The notes: generated from the letters alone by a model not told the origin. A stretch of DNA of 39,812 nt from Octopus bimaculoides (GCF_001194135.2 NC_068984.1:42280391-42320202), one strand, 5' to 3'; counted from the stretch's first letter, positions 1 through 13,084 are shown. A program made the numbers and translations.

Positions 1-81
<81 letters not shown>
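1..81 (+). repeat. (AAT)n microsatellite running off the window edge
   Basis: Perfect AAT repeat. Confidence 0.98.
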
Positions 82-82
<1 letters not shown>

Positions 83-167
83 TCATCACCATCAGAAAAG
101 TATTAGTTAATTGAAAAGAACAGATAGTATGGCAGCGTAGTCTTTCTACAATATCTAAAACGCTTGA

Positions 168-432
168 AATATTTTAGGTGAAGGAAGCTAGTCGATTATA
201 TCGATCCAGTACATAACTGGTACCTTATTTTATCAACTCCGAAATGATGAAAGGAAAAGTTGACCCCGGTGGAATTTGAACTCAGAACGCAAAGAATTAG
301 AAGAAATGCCTCAGACCATTTAGTCCCATCCCGGAAAGATGAAAGTGGAAGCTGAATTCAGTCAAATTTGAATTCAGAACATAAAAAGCCAGAAGAAATA
401 CCCCTAAGCATTTCATTCGAGGCGCTAAAGAT
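168..432 (-). mobile_element. Two adjacent decayed partial copies of tRNA-derived SINE family A
   Basis: Reverse-complement matches to the family A body (B-box GAGTTCAAATTCC, CCTTTCATCCTTTCGGGGTCGATA) at ~168-330 and ~326-432. Confidence 0.75.
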
Positions 433-464
433 TCTGTCAGTTCACCGATCTAAATAATCTTAAA

Positions 465-532
465 AATTTGTATCAAATTCTGACTGAAGGCCAGCAACTT
501 CGTGGGAGGGGTTAGTCAATTATATCGATCCC
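465..532 (-). mobile_element. 3' tail fragment of SINE family A (tail type A3)
   Basis: Similar to the tails at 5157-5225 and 31375-31440; cut off at CCC by the 531-1063 element. Confidence 0.6.
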
Positions 533-1063
533 TGATGCAGTACCAGGCAGTGGTTCGCGTGGCTTCTGATCTTAACTGATTGAAAGTGTTAACATGTATA
601 CGTTTAGTCTTAGTATAAAAGATGGGCTACAGCAAATATTCTCATCAATACCGCAGATTTGATTGTCAGCTGCTTGATCTTAACCAATATATGCGTCTCT
701 GTTCACGAGCAGGTGTAGTGGGGAAGCATCATAGTTATGTGTTGAGAGGAATTCTTTGGAGTTTGAATAATTCACCCCCGAAAACATGGGCGTTTCGTTT
801 ATCATCTTTCAATAGCCCTTTTTCAGGGACCTTTTGAGCGAGATGGGCTACTCATCCTGAAGAAATTCTAGTTGCACCCTACCTGCAAGATTATGTACTA
901 TTTAACTTGATATGAGGTCACCATGTCACGCACATATCGTTGCGATGCATGTGCCTGGTGTACCTTAATCAGACGGGTAGTCATGATGGGTATATTGAGT
1001 TATTTGTACCCCAGTGTCACTTTGATGGCGTGCGCTGCTCTCTCACTCACCAACAACAATAAT
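531..1063. mobile_element. Unclassified ~520-bp non-coding interspersed repeat, copy 1
   Basis: Aligns along its length with 12057-12551 (CCTGATGCAGTA..., GATGGGCTACAGCAAATATTCT, TTTTGAGCGAGATGGGCTACTC); ends in CAACAACAATAAT. Confidence 0.85.
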
Positions 1064-2363
1064 GGTGGTAGTGATGGCGGTGACGATGATGATTTCTTTT
1101 ATTTCCCACAGGGCATCAATTAAGTGGACATTAAAAGAAAAGTTTATAATTGAGGTGGTATATAAAAGATTAGGGAAAGGAAGAGGAGAGGAAAATGAGG
1201 CAAAATATACATTGTATACAAAGTATGAGCACATATAAACAATACAGTCTTCTTGATGCAGGGGAACTTCCAACTAGAGCCAATCAAGAAGCCCCATAGA
1301 TACAAGATCACCCTGATCACTAAGAGCACTAGCTTTCGCCCATCTGTTGTTCTCCAATCTACAGGCACATGAGTAAGTGCATTCATCATAATCATTTTTG
1401 TCACACTCACCTTTTTACAAATTCACTCAGGAAGAACACTTCCCTCTCTACTACTTCAGTCTTAATATCTTTAGTGCAATGTTATTTTGCAATGAATATC
1501 TTACAATGAATATCTTTAGTCCAATGTTGATAAAGCTTTCAAATTTGTAGACATGATTTTGTAGACATATGTAGACATGATTTTCTAAAAGCATATAAAA
1601 ATGCTTATACATACATACATACATACATACATACATACAAACGTACGTACGTACGTACATACGTACATACATACATCCATACATACATACATACATACTA
1701 ATGTGACTATCTCTTCGAAAATCAAAGAGAGAGGGATAATTATAAACAACTGCTTCAAAACATCTAGCTTCTATACCCAGGTTATAAATTTGTATTTATA
1801 CCAACAATAATCGATGCACATGGTTTTGTAAGTGTCTAAGTCACAATCTGATTAAGTTGGGGTTTTCATGAAAACAAATCAACCAACTAACACGTACGTC
1901 ACAAATGCAATCTGCAAGTGGAATAGTAAAAAAAGCACAAGGCTCTTCTCAAGTTCAAAATGTGAATTTGTTTTAGTTCTCAACATTCCAATGACGGAGC
2001 TTTGTATCTCTGTTAGAAATCAGTTCCTTCTTTACAGGAAGATTTCATATAATTAAAACTAGAAAAGATACATTACAATTTCATATGTATGGCTGTGTGC
2101 GTGTGTATATCAGTGCGGAATATATATAAAGTAGAAGAATAATCATTGGTATGCTGATAGTGGTGATGATTCGACAGAGAGTAAAAGATCTCTTAGTAAT
2201 TCCATACGAAAGGCCTGATGGTGAGACAACTTGCATAGCTTAATAATAAAAAGCCTCACATAGCTGAGGCTCTCGAGGCGTGGAGAATTAATAGTCCGAT
2301 TTTATGCAGTAGACAGATGCACTGAATGTTGTATAATGCATTTAGGGTTGCTAATCCTGCTGC

Positions 2364-2421
2364 TGACGATGATGATGATGGTGATGATGATGGCGATGAT
2401 GATGGTCATGATGATGATTGA
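2364..2421 (+). repeat. Imperfect (GAT)n microsatellite
   Basis: Direct reading. Confidence 0.9.
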
Positions 2422-2684
2422 TGGTGAAAATGCTTTATATGTATATCTGCTGTAACGCTTAAAGAAGGTAGTGCTGCAATGCACCCATTTCATTCCTTCA
2501 AATACACTTCCTCCACCCCACTTATCCCCATTTCCTTTCCATCTGTCTTTGTCTTTCTCGACCTTTTCTTTACCCAGACTCTTCGTTGATACATGTACAT
2601 AGACAAATACAGCCATATACACACCATACAAGCGCTCATACACAATTACACACACACATAGACACACATGTTTTTCTCTATCTC

Positions 2685-2687
<3 letters not shown>

Positions 2688-2726
<39 letters not shown>

Positions 2727-2907
2727 NNNNNNNNNNNNNNNNNNNNNNNNNNNNNNNNNNNNNNNNNNNNNNNNNNNNNNNNNNNNNNNNNNNNNNNNNN
2801 NNNNNNNNNNNNNNNNNNNNNNNNNNNNNNNNNNNNNNNNNNNNNNNNNNNNNNNNNNNNNNNNNNNNATCGAGAGAGAAAGAAAGTGAGAGAGAAAGAG
2901 TGAGAAA

Positions 2908-2977
<70 letters not shown>
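2688..2977. repeat. (TA)n / assembly gap 2727-2868 / (GA)n
   Basis: Direct reading. Confidence 0.95.
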
Positions 2978-2981
<4 letters not shown>

Positions 2982-3399
2982 TTAGATAGATAAAGCGAAA
3001 GCAAGCGAGATAAATAGACGCAGTTTTCGTAAATTTCAATTGAATTTTATTGTCTACTAGTAATGACAATATATATTGTTAGAATAACCACGTGGTCATC
3101 AAAGAAATAATCATTATCCCCATCCCCCTTATCATCAGTCGCATCACCTCTATTATCATCACTATCTTTATAACCATTTCCCTAATCGTCATCACCATTG
3201 CTATAAGTATTACAAGGATTCCGAACCATGGAATCGATACAAAGCCGGAGCAAAATGCTTGTCAGTATCTAGACCTGTGAACCTTCTGAGATATCGATGA
3301 CTTAAACTTTCCTCTCAAATGTGTCCATTAATCCCTCGCCATATTGCGGTTTATTATTTAAGCTTACGTCGATTCCTCCGTGGTGTTGTTTTGCATTTA

Positions 3400-3873
3400 T
3401 CAGGTCATCCCATAAGTTCTGTCCGAATTTTGAATAAAGAAAACAAGTGATCAAAATCTTATATTTAATTGAAATTTAATCATCAATGTACTTTCCCTGA
3501 TTATCTATGATTCCTTCCATCTATTTACAAGCTTTTAAATCCCATCAATGTAAAACTCTTTTGGTTTCAAAGCGAAGAACTCTGAAACGTCAGTTTCGAC
3601 CTCCTTCAGGCTTGCAAAAGTTATGTCCCCCAAATGATTCTGTAAATTACGAAACAAGTTGTCTGAAGGAGCAAGGACGGGAGAATAAGGTGGATGAGGA
3701 ATTTTTTCCCAACAAAGCTCTTCGATCTTCTGTGATGTGATCTTTACAGTGTGGGGTCGCGTATTGTCCTGATGAAACACCACTCCTTTTCGATTCACTC
3801 AAGCGGGTCTTTTTTCCTCAAAGCTTGGTTCAAACGCTCTAATTGCTGACAGTAGACTTGAGCATTGATTGTT
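3400..3873 (-). mobile_element. Mariner (DD34D) transposon 3' remnant with one TIR
   Basis: Minus strand reads TINAQVYCQQLERLNQAL../NRKGVVFHQDNTRPH..HPPYSPVLAPSD, matching mariner motifs HQDNARPH and YSPDLAPSD. TA plus TIR-like TCAGGTCATCCCATAAGTTCTGTCCG at 3398-3425. Truncated by a SINE at ~3874. Confidence 0.9.
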
Positions 3874-3874
3874 G

Positions 3875-4361
3875 TACGCCGGGCGAAATGCTTAGCGGTA
3901 TTCTGTCTGTCGCTACGTTCTCAGTTCAAATTCCGCCGAGGTCGACCTTGCCTTTCATCCTTTCGGAATCGATAAATTAAGTTCCAGTGAAACACTGGGG
4001 TTGATCTAATCAGCTAGTCTCCTCCCCCACATTTCAGGCCTTGTGCCTATAGTAGAAAGAATTATTAAGATTATTTCAGGTGGCGAGCTGGCAGAATCTT
4101 TAGCACGTCGAGTGAAATGCTACGTTCTGAGCTCAAATTCTGCCGAGGTTAACTTTGCCTTTTACCCTTTCGAGGTAAATGAAATAAGTACTAGCGAAAC
4201 ACTGGGGTCGATGTAATCGACTAGTCCCCTCCCCCAAATTTCAGACCTTGTGTCAATAGTAGAAAGGATTTATAAGATTATTTCAGGTGGCAGGCTGGCA
4301 GAATCGTTAACACCCCGGGCTGAGCGACTTTCGTTCGTCTTTATGTTCTGAGTTCAAAATC
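3875..4361 (+). mobile_element. Head-to-tail trimer of SINE family A (tail type A1)
   Basis: Three copies with A-box TGGCAGAATCGTTAG and B-box GAGTTCAAATTCC. The junction AAGATTATTTCAGGTGGC occurs at 4067 and 4274. Confidence 0.9.
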
Positions 4362-4650
4362 AGTATAAATTTTAATTTAAAATTTATGCATGTATATTGA
4401 GCTTGAAATTATGCTTTCAAAACAGAAAGAATAAAAAGGTCAGACGAGAATAGTACAGAAAGAATGGATAATAAATAAATTCAGTCGTTTTTGTGTTTTC
4501 TCACTATAGACTAATGGGGCACTTCTTACTATATTATTAGGCAAAAAATTTCCGTTCTTAAACCTATTACTCATGCATACACATACATGCTTATTTATAC
4601 ACATATATACATATATATGCATATATATTTACATACATGTTGGCATACAA

Positions 4651-5018
4651 TGTTGGCACTCCGTCGGTTACGACGACGAGGGTTCGAGTTGATCCGATCA
4701 ACGGAACAGCCTGCTCGTGAAATTAACGTGCAAGTGGCTGAGCACTTCACAGACACGTGTACCCTTAACGTAGTTCTCGGGGAGATTCAGCGTGACACAG
4801 AGTGTGACAAGGCTGACCCTTTGAAATGCATGTACAACAGAAACAGGAAGAAAGAGTGAGAGAAAGTTGTGGTGAAAGAGTACAGCAGGGTTCGCTACCA
4901 TTCCCTGCCGCAGCCTTGTGGAACTTTAGGTGTTTTCGCTCAATAAACACTCAAAATGCCCGGTCTTGGAATCGAAACCGCGAGTCCGCTGCCCTAACCA
5001 CTAGGCCATTGCGCCTCC
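4651..5018 (-). mobile_element. tRNA-derived SINE family B, full length
   Basis: Minus-strand head GGAGGCGCAATGGCCTAGTGGTTAGGGC (A-box) and GTTTCGATTCC (B-box); body matches 6324-6663 and 12552-12868. Confidence 0.9.
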
Positions 5019-5156
5019 GCTTATTGGCATATATNNNNNNNNNNNNNNNNNNNNNNNNNNNNNNNNNNNNNNNNNNNNNNNNNNNNNNNNNNNNNNNNNN
5101 NNNNNNNNNNNATATATATATATATATATATATACGTACTAACACATATGTAACTG

Positions 5157-5375
5157 AAATATTGGTTTCAAATTTTGGCATAAGGTCAGCAATTTCAGGG
5201 GAAAGAGGTAAGTCGATTGCATCGACCCCAGCGTTGAACTGTCACTTATTTTATAGACACCGAAAGGATGAAAGGCAAACTCAACTTTGGCGGAATTTGA
5301 ACTCAGAACGTAAAGACGGATGAAATGCAGCTAAGCATTTAGCCCAGCGTGCTAACGATTCTGCCACCTCACCGA
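5157..5375 (-). mobile_element. SINE family A, full length (tail A3)
   Basis: Head GGTGAGGTGGCAGAATCGTTAGC, B-box, tail ...GCCAAAATTTGAAACCAATATT. Confidence 0.9.
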
Positions 5376-5903
5376 CTTATATGTATTATTGAAATATTGA
5401 GACAGCATGTGATTAAGTGCGGTTTACCACAGGGTTTCAATATATGCTTAAATGCACGCTGAAAATAGAAGGCTAACTACTGACGGTGGGGTTATCAAAT
5501 ATATTCTTTGCATAGTAACTTTCACATACCTTTCTAGCACTTCCTCTCCCTCCGTCACACACATTTATACGCTCAGAAGCATATAAAAATAACAACATAC
5601 ATACATATATACATATATATAATTAGTTTTTAGCTGTTGAACTCGAAGTAGATATAGCTACTAATGTAAATATTGGATTAAAATACGTATATTTGTATGA
5701 CTATATATTCTTACATCTATATACACAATCATACAAATATATGCACAGATAAATACGCACATGTCGGTATGAGAGCGTGGCTTAAAAATAAACAACTGAC
5801 GATTCAACACACCAATAATTATAGAAACTAAAATTGTCAACATGAATAGAAGTCTATTTATTTAAGATACAATCTCGTGTATAAATGAGTTAGATCAGCA
5901 GGA

Positions 5904-5992
5904 GTGTGTGTGTGTATGTGTGTGTGCGTGCGTGTGCGTGCGTGTGTCTCTCTCTCTCTCTTTCTCTCTTTCTCTCTTTCTCTCTCTCTCTC

Positions 5993-6031
<39 letters not shown>

Positions 6032-6318
6032 NNNNNNNNNNNNNNNNNNNNNNNNNNNNNNNNNNNNNNNNNNNNNNNNNNNNNNNNNNNNNNNNNNNNN
6101 NNNNNNNNNNNNNNNNNNNNNNNNNNNNNNNNNNNNNNNNNNNNNNNNNNNNNNNNNNNNNNNNNNNNNNNNNNNNNNNNNNNNNNNNNNNNNNNNNNNN
6201 NNNNNNNNNNNNNNNNNNNNNNNNNNNNNNNNNNNNNNNNNNNNNNNNNNNNNNNNNNNNNNNNNNNNNNNNNNNNNNNNNNNNNNNNNNNNNNNNNNNN
6301 NNTATATATATATATATG
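5904..6318. repeat. (TG)n-(TC)n / gap 6032-6302 / (TA)n
   Basis: Direct reading. Confidence 0.95.
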
Positions 6319-6323
6319 TAGGT

Positions 6324-6663
6324 GGAGGTGCAATGGTCCAGTGGTTAGGGCAGCGAATACGCAGTCGTAGGATCGCGTTGTGAATGTTTATTGAGCAAAA
6401 ACATCTAAAGCTCCACGAGGCTCCGACAGGGGGTAGTGACGAACCTTGCCGAACTCTTTCACCACAACCTTCTCTCACTCTTTCTTCCTGTTTCTGTTGT
6501 GCCTGTATTCTGTTGTACCTTGTCACGCTGAGTCTTTCCGAGAACTACGTCAAGAGTACATGTGTTCGCGGAGTGCTCAGTCACTTGCACGTTAATTTCA
6601 CGAGCAGGCTGTTCCGTTGATCGGATCAACTGGAACCCTCATCGACGTAGCCGACGAAGTGCT
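6324..6663 (+). mobile_element. SINE family B with a deletion near the B-box
   Basis: Head GGAGGTGCAATGGTCCAGTGGTTAGGGCAGCG; body matches the reverse complement of 4651-5018. Confidence 0.88.
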
Positions 6664-6705
6664 ACTATATATATACATATATATATATTACTGATTGCAC
6701 CTATA

Positions 6706-6918
6706 AAGTTCTCCTCTAAGGCATAATTCCGAGCAAGGTTGTTTGTGGAAGATCAGTATACCATGCATACCAGTCTTCCTTCTCCACGCCAACGTGGAAA
6801 GGCTAAGTGAACTGATGAAATAATGTCTTGCTCAAGAACTGAACACACAGCTCGGTCCGGGAATTGAACTCACAAACTCATGATTGTAAACTCGATGCTC
6901 TAGCCACTGTTCGATGCA
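6706..6918 (-). mobile_element. tRNA-derived SINE family D, decayed
   Basis: Reverse complement contains GTGAGTTCAATTCCCGGACCG, also seen at 13121-13141; tail shared with 13255-13340. Confidence 0.7.
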
Positions 6919-6989
6919 CCTTCATGTGTGTGTTTGCACATATATATGTGTGTGTTTGCACATATATATGTGTGTGCGTGTGTGCGTAT

Positions 6990-7320
<331 letters not shown>

Positions 7321-7405
7321 TGTATACATATAGAAAACTGTCTATCTCTCCTTTCTCTTTCTCTTTTCTCTCCTTTCTCTTTCTCTTTTCTCTCCCTCAC
7401 TGTAA

Positions 7406-7451
<46 letters not shown>

Positions 7452-8377
7452 ACGCGCACGTTTTTAATCGCTGGCCAATGTGATATTTTTATTTTGACAT
7501 TTTATTCTTTATTTCTTCATATTGTAGTATATTTCTTCATTCCTCTATATACCTAATCTCTCACAATACATTCCTTTACGGCGCATTTTCATTAGCTCTA
7601 GGTTATTTAATTAATATTGTTTCTTTATTTGTAAGCTGATCAGCTCGGCACTGCAGATTTAGATATATTTTACTGTTTCAGCAAACCGCTTATTTTAGTT
7701 AATTACTTGCATTAGACTCTATAATAACGGTCAGAACTAGATTTCTATCCTTAAAAATAAGTAATGAGTACTTAAGAAAGTTTGATTTATCCATATATCC
7801 AAACTGCGCTTCATATACCTACACTATTTATATTAAGATGTTACCCTATTCTCTTTCCAGATGTAAACTAGTAATTGTATACTACCATGTCCACTTAGAA
7901 ATTAGCAAGCAGGTGCATACAATTAGACTATGCTTAAAATTAAACTAGCAGCTACAAATTTAAATATGTATCTCTAATTTCGCTACAAAACCATTACCTA
8001 AAAGAGTCTGCATTATCGCCACCCAGAAATTTCTAATAGCAATTTAGAATCCATTAATTTTAAAATTACTACTATAGTTAATTAAGTTTATTTTATTTTA
8101 CATAATATTTTGTTTAGGCTTGTTGTTTATCCAAACATTGTATTTTCTCTTTCTCCTAGTTGTTACTTTATTTTATTTTATATCTTTTACTTCTTTCAAT
8201 CATTGGAGAGCAGCCAGTATAGAGTTTATACGAACTAATAATTATTTTAAAACCCTGGTACACGTTCTATTCATCTTTTTTTTTTTTTTTTTACCGAACC
8301 GCTAATTTTAGGTTCTAATACGGTGGGTCTAACAGCTATTCAGAAACCATGTGCAGTAATTTACTCGTTTGCTCTTG

Positions 8378-8726
8378 TCATCTTTTAATTGCTGTTTGAT
8401 CAGTCTTCAACTTTAAACTTTTCAACACCCTGCTTATGAGAGACTTCTGCGCCAATTTACGTGTTGACTTCTTTGGATTTTGAGTAATCCCTTGACGAAT
8501 GTCCTGAATAACATCGACGTTTAGCGTTCGAACTACAAGGTTTCTTTGTTTTGGGGCGTTGTGCACTGACCCTGTAGCGAGCCACTTCAACCAACATTTA
8601 TATAGTTCTCTTTGCCGATAAACCTTTACTCAAAAACTTGAGTTCAAAAATTTCACGCGTTTGTTTAACAGAATTCGTTATCACATGCGTTTCTAGAATT
8701 TCCATTCTTTCTGCTATTGAGTACAT
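8378..8726 (-). pseudogene. N-terminal remnant of an IS630-Tc1-mariner transposase (DUF4817-like HTH)
   Basis: MYSIAERMEILETHVITNSVKQTREIFELKF..KRTI*MLV / KWLATGSVHNAPK..VRT..IRQGITQNPKKSTRKLAQ; one stop and one frameshift. Confidence 0.75.
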
Positions 8727-8959
8727 CATCTAGCTGAAAAGGCTAGAGATGTTCATACAATCATCTAAAGCGGTGAGGATGCAGTGAGGATAAATAAGCA
8801 AACAGTGGACTAGTGCGCAACCTTTGTTCAACAGTTACAAAAAGTCGAAATAAAACAATGACACTTGTAAACGAAAGGTTGTGTGCATTTCTCGAGTGCG
8901 TAAATTTATTTCTGTCTTAACACTATGCTACAAAACCCGTGCTGCCTTTTTGTAGGCCA

Positions 8960-9100
8960 GTATATATATACTATTGTGTCTGATGAGAGGCATTCTCTTT
9001 TAGTGCCTTATAATTTAACACATTCACAGGTAAAGTTTTCACTCATTTACTTATTTTGCTAAAATTTTCGTTGCGTCTTGCAACCTTTTCTATAGTTGTC
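8960..9100. mobile_element. Probable interspersed repeat fragment, possibly a Penelope-like terminus
   Basis: Resembles a recalled octopod repeat (TGTGTCTGATGAGAG...CCTTATAATTTAACAC...TTTTCGTTGCGTCTTGCAACCTTTTC); only one copy in the window. Confidence 0.35.
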
Positions 9101-9239
9101 AACCCTGTCCGTTATCCGAGCTGCGTTCTTTTTGTTTGTTTGTGCGCATGTGTGTAGGTCAGTGTGTGTAGGCATACGCATGTATGTACGTACGTACGTA
9201 CGTACGTACGTACGTATGTATGTATGTATGTATGTAGGT

Positions 9240-9273
<34 letters not shown>

Positions 9274-9274
<1 letters not shown>

Positions 9275-9345
9275 CGACGGGCTTCTTTCAATTTCCGTCT
9301 ACCAAATCCACTCACAAGGATTTAGACGGCCTGAGGCTATAGAAG
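9274..9345 (-). mobile_element. SINE family C fragment
   Basis: TACGACGGGCTTCTTTCAATTTCCGTCTACCAAATCCACTCACAAGG matches 10718-10762. Confidence 0.8.
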
Positions 9346-10189
9346 AATGCAATTGACCACAGTGCCACACTAGATTTGTATGTGTCTATNNNNNNNNNNN
9401 NNNNNNNNNNNNNNNNNNNNNNNNNNNNNNNNNNNNNNNNNNNNNNNNNNNNNNNNNNNNNNNNNNNNNNNNNNNNNNNNNNNNNNNNNNNNTATATATA
9501 TATAAAAACAAATACATGTGTTGATATGCACATATACACTATAGGTGTTTTAGCTAGCGCGTGAGAGGTGCAGAAAGTTATAGACAGAAAAATGCGTAGA
9601 GAGATTGAGAAAGACAAAGAATAAGGCGGGGGAAGCGATCCGTCCACATGAGATTTTCGTATGAATTATTCTGTTCGTTGTATACGTAAAGTGCGTATAT
9701 TATTATAATACATGAATGCAGACCATATGGCTTGTTAATGGTGATATATTTAGAAAATTGATAACATGAAGAAGCCAGAATATCGTTTGCTGGAAGAATT
9801 GACAGCTAGACACAAAATATTACGCATACACACACTCGCGTATGCACACACAAGCATACACACAAATACACACACCTCTCTCTCTGTGTCTCTCTCCCTC
9901 TCTCCCCCCTCTCTCTCTCTCTCACTCTTTCTCTTTTATGCACACAAATGCAAACACATAAGCATACACTTACATAAGCTGACGCACATTTCTGGGAAGA
10001 AGCCTTTACATTTTTAGATTTTGCTAAAGTCAATATTAAAAGCGCTCGCACATGCATGCAATTATTCACAGAAATACATGGCTCAAAAAGGTAAAGATAG
10101 AACACCGACAAAAATCATCATTGGTTGGAGCTGCAAGAGTTCTCTGCAGGGTCCTTGAAGCATGAATAGTAAAGAAGTGTTACCAAAGA

Positions 10190-10493
10190 GTAGGCGTAAC
10201 AAGATTATACTTACGTAGAGAGGAAGGTGGTAGAGGGTTAAACAAGAAAAAATGGAAGATTATCTGACTGGCAAGAGAAGGCTTTGCATGGTAGATCCCA
10301 AAGATAGTTGCAGGAAACAGTAATAAGGAGACTTACTTATGGCTACAGAAATGAAGGCTGAAAACGGAGATAGAAAGTGTGTTAGTAGCGGCACAAGATC
10401 AAGCGTTGAGGACTAATTGGATAAAAGTCAAGATAGGCAAAAACCAGGTAGATTCCTAATGTAGGTTATGTAAATCAAAAGAGGAAAGTGTTA
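10190..10493 (+). pseudogene. RLE-type non-LTR retrotransposon fragment (R4/Dong-like), post-RT to zinc knuckle
   Basis: VTRLYLRREEGGRGL..WQEKALHG..WLQK*RLKTEIESVLVAAQDQALRTNWIKVKI..DS*CRLCKSKEESV; homologous to 24230-24400. Confidence 0.85.
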
Positions 10494-10499
10494 CTCTTT

Positions 10500-10821
10500 T
10501 ACCTGTTTCAGTCATTTGACTGCGGCCATGCCGGAGCACCGCCTTTAGTCGAGCAAATCGACCCCAGGACTTATTCTTTGTAAGCCTAGTACTTATTCTA
10601 TCGGTCTCTTTTGCCGAACCGCTAAGTTACGGGGACCTAAACACACCAGCATCAGTTGTCAAGCGATGTTGGGGGGACAAATACACAAACACACACACAC
10701 ATATATATATACATATATACGACGGGCATCTTTCAGTTTCCGTCTACCAAATCCACTCACAAAGCTTTGGTCGGCCCGAGGCTATAGTAGAAAACACTTG
10801 CCCAAGGTGCGACGCAGTGGG
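10500..10821 (-). mobile_element. SINE family C; 5' end lost in gap 10822-11726
   Basis: Minus strand reads CCCACTGCGTCGCACCTTGGGCAAGTGTTTTCTAC..., internal (TA/TG)n, tail GGCCGCAGTCAAATGACTGAAACAGG. Confidence 0.9.
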
Positions 10822-11728
10822 NNNNNNNNNNNNNNNNNNNNNNNNNNNNNNNNNNNNNNNNNNNNNNNNNNNNNNNNNNNNNNNNNNNNNNNNNNNNNNN
10901 NNNNNNNNNNNNNNNNNNNNNNNNNNNNNNNNNNNNNNNNNNNNNNNNNNNNNNNNNNNNNNNNNNNNNNNNNNNNNNNNNNNNNNNNNNNNNNNNNNNN
11001 NNNNNNNNNNNNNNNNNNNNNNNNNNNNNNNNNNNNNNNNNNNNNNNNNNNNNNNNNNNNNNNNNNNNNNNNNNNNNNNNNNNNNNNNNNNNNNNNNNNN
11101 NNNNNNNNNNNNNNNNNNNNNNNNNNNNNNNNNNNNNNNNNNNNNNNNNNNNNNNNNNNNNNNNNNNNNNNNNNNNNNNNNNNNNNNNNNNNNNNNNNNN
11201 NNNNNNNNNNNNNNNNNNNNNNNNNNNNNNNNNNNNNNNNNNNNNNNNNNNNNNNNNNNNNNNNNNNNNNNNNNNNNNNNNNNNNNNNNNNNNNNNNNNN
11301 NNNNNNNNNNNNNNNNNNNNNNNNNNNNNNNNNNNNNNNNNNNNNNNNNNNNNNNNNNNNNNNNNNNNNNNNNNNNNNNNNNNNNNNNNNNNNNNNNNNN
11401 NNNNNNNNNNNNNNNNNNNNNNNNNNNNNNNNNNNNNNNNNNNNNNNNNNNNNNNNNNNNNNNNNNNNNNNNNNNNNNNNNNNNNNNNNNNNNNNNNNNN
11501 NNNNNNNNNNNNNNNNNNNNNNNNNNNNNNNNNNNNNNNNNNNNNNNNNNNNNNNNNNNNNNNNNNNNNNNNNNNNNNNNNNNNNNNNNNNNNNNNNNNN
11601 NNNNNNNNNNNNNNNNNNNNNNNNNNNNNNNNNNNNNNNNNNNNNNNNNNNNNNNNNNNNNNNNNNNNNNNNNNNNNNNNNNNNNNNNNNNNNNNNNNNN
11701 NNNNNNNNNNNNNNNNNNNNNNNNNNAT

Positions 11729-12007
11729 CTAAAAACAGAAACAATTCCTATCATAGTAGGTGCCTTACGTATAATAAAAAAATATTTAGACAAATACATA
11801 ACAAAAACACCAGGACTTACAAATATATATATAACATACAGAAAATTGCGCTACTGGGCACAGCACACATCCTACGCAAAACACTTTCAATACAGTAACC
11901 ATAAGAGCACCACAGCAAACCACAGCACATACCCAAGGCGCACAGAGCTGCGCTCGGTAGTGAAGTGAAAGCACGGTATAAAATAAAACTACTGAACAAT
12001 AATAATG

Positions 12008-12056
<49 letters not shown>
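11729..12056 (+). mobile_element. 3' end of an R4/Dong-like RLE LINE with 3' UTR and (AAT)n tail
   Basis: LKTETIPIIVGAL..KKYLDKYITKTPGLTNIYNIQKIALLGTAHILRKTLSIQ* (one frameshift), ~100-bp UTR, (AAT)n at 11996-12056. Confidence 0.88.
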
Positions 12057-12058
<2 letters not shown>

Positions 12059-12551
12059 GCCCTGATGCAGTAACGGGCACTAGCTCTCATGGCTTCTGAT
12101 CATAACTGATTAGAAGTATTATCATATGTTTTGTCTTGGTATAAGAGATGGGCTACAGCAAATATTCTGTTTAATACCGCAGATTTGCTTGTAAGTTGCT
12201 TGACCTTAACTACTTGAGCATGTCTCTTAGTGGCTGATGATATGTGCATCTCTGATCATGAGCAGAAGTAGTGGTGGAGCATCATAGCTATGTGTTGAAA
12301 GGAATTCTTTGGGGTTTGAATAAATCACCCCTGGAAACATGGGTGTTTTGTTCAACATCCTTCAACAACCCCTATTCAAGGACATTTTGAGCGAGATGGG
12401 CTACTCAACATGAAGAAAATTCTAACTGGGCCCCCACCTGCAAGGTCATGCGCTCTTTATCATGATATGAGATCATCATGTCACGCACATATGGTTGTGA
12501 TGTATGTGCCTGATGTACCCTTATCATACAGGTAGTCATGGTAGGTATACT
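12057..12551. mobile_element. Unclassified ~520-bp repeat, copy 2; right end replaced by SINE B
   Basis: Aligns with 531-1010; starts directly after (AAT)n. Confidence 0.85.
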
Positions 12552-12868
12552 GAGACCGGGCGTTGTGAGTGTTTATTGAGCGAAAACACCTAAAGCGCCA
12601 CGAGGCTCCGGCAGGGGATGGTGGCGAACCCTGCTGTACTCTTTCACCACAACTTTCTCTTACTTCCTGTTTCTGTTGTGCCTGTAATTCAAAGGGTCAG
12701 CCTTGTCACACTGTGTCCCGCTGAATATCCCCGAGAACTACGTTAAGGGTACACGTGTTTGTGGAGTGCTCAGCCACTTGCACGTTAATTTCACGAGCAG
12801 GCTGTTCTGTTGATCGGATCAACTGGGACCCTCGACGTCGTAAGCGACGGAGTGCCAACAACAACAAC
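12552..12868 (+). mobile_element. SINE family B, 5'-truncated, (CAA)n tail
   Basis: Matches 6376-6663 and the reverse complement of 4651-4965. Confidence 0.88.
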
Positions 12869-13084
12869 TTCAGTGTATTCTTTCTGTTACTTTCCCCACA
12901 TACAAGTCTTGCCAATGAAGACCACCACCATAGTCTGTTTTTTCTTACATACATACATACATACATACATATACATGCGCGCGCACACATATACATACAC
13001 AGAGACATATACAAGGAAAAACATTCGGAGTTACAGATAATTCTTCTGCGACATTTACAGCATATAAAAAATGCAAGATGTACT

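Noticed and set aside
1261-1372. Apparent exon (CAG|...|GTAAGT) reading GNFQLEPIKKPHRYK, reminiscent of histone H3 KKPHRY
   Set aside because: Similarity is limited to 6 residues, the flanks are unlike H3, and no partner exons were found.
3875-4361. CRISPR-like or satellite array
   Set aside because: Units are whole ~200-bp SINEs with no repeat-spacer architecture, in a eukaryotic context.
7861-7912. Strong acceptor TATTCTCTTTCCAG with a weak donor 52 nt later
   Set aside because: No recognisable peptide or neighbouring exons; such signals are common in AT-rich DNA.
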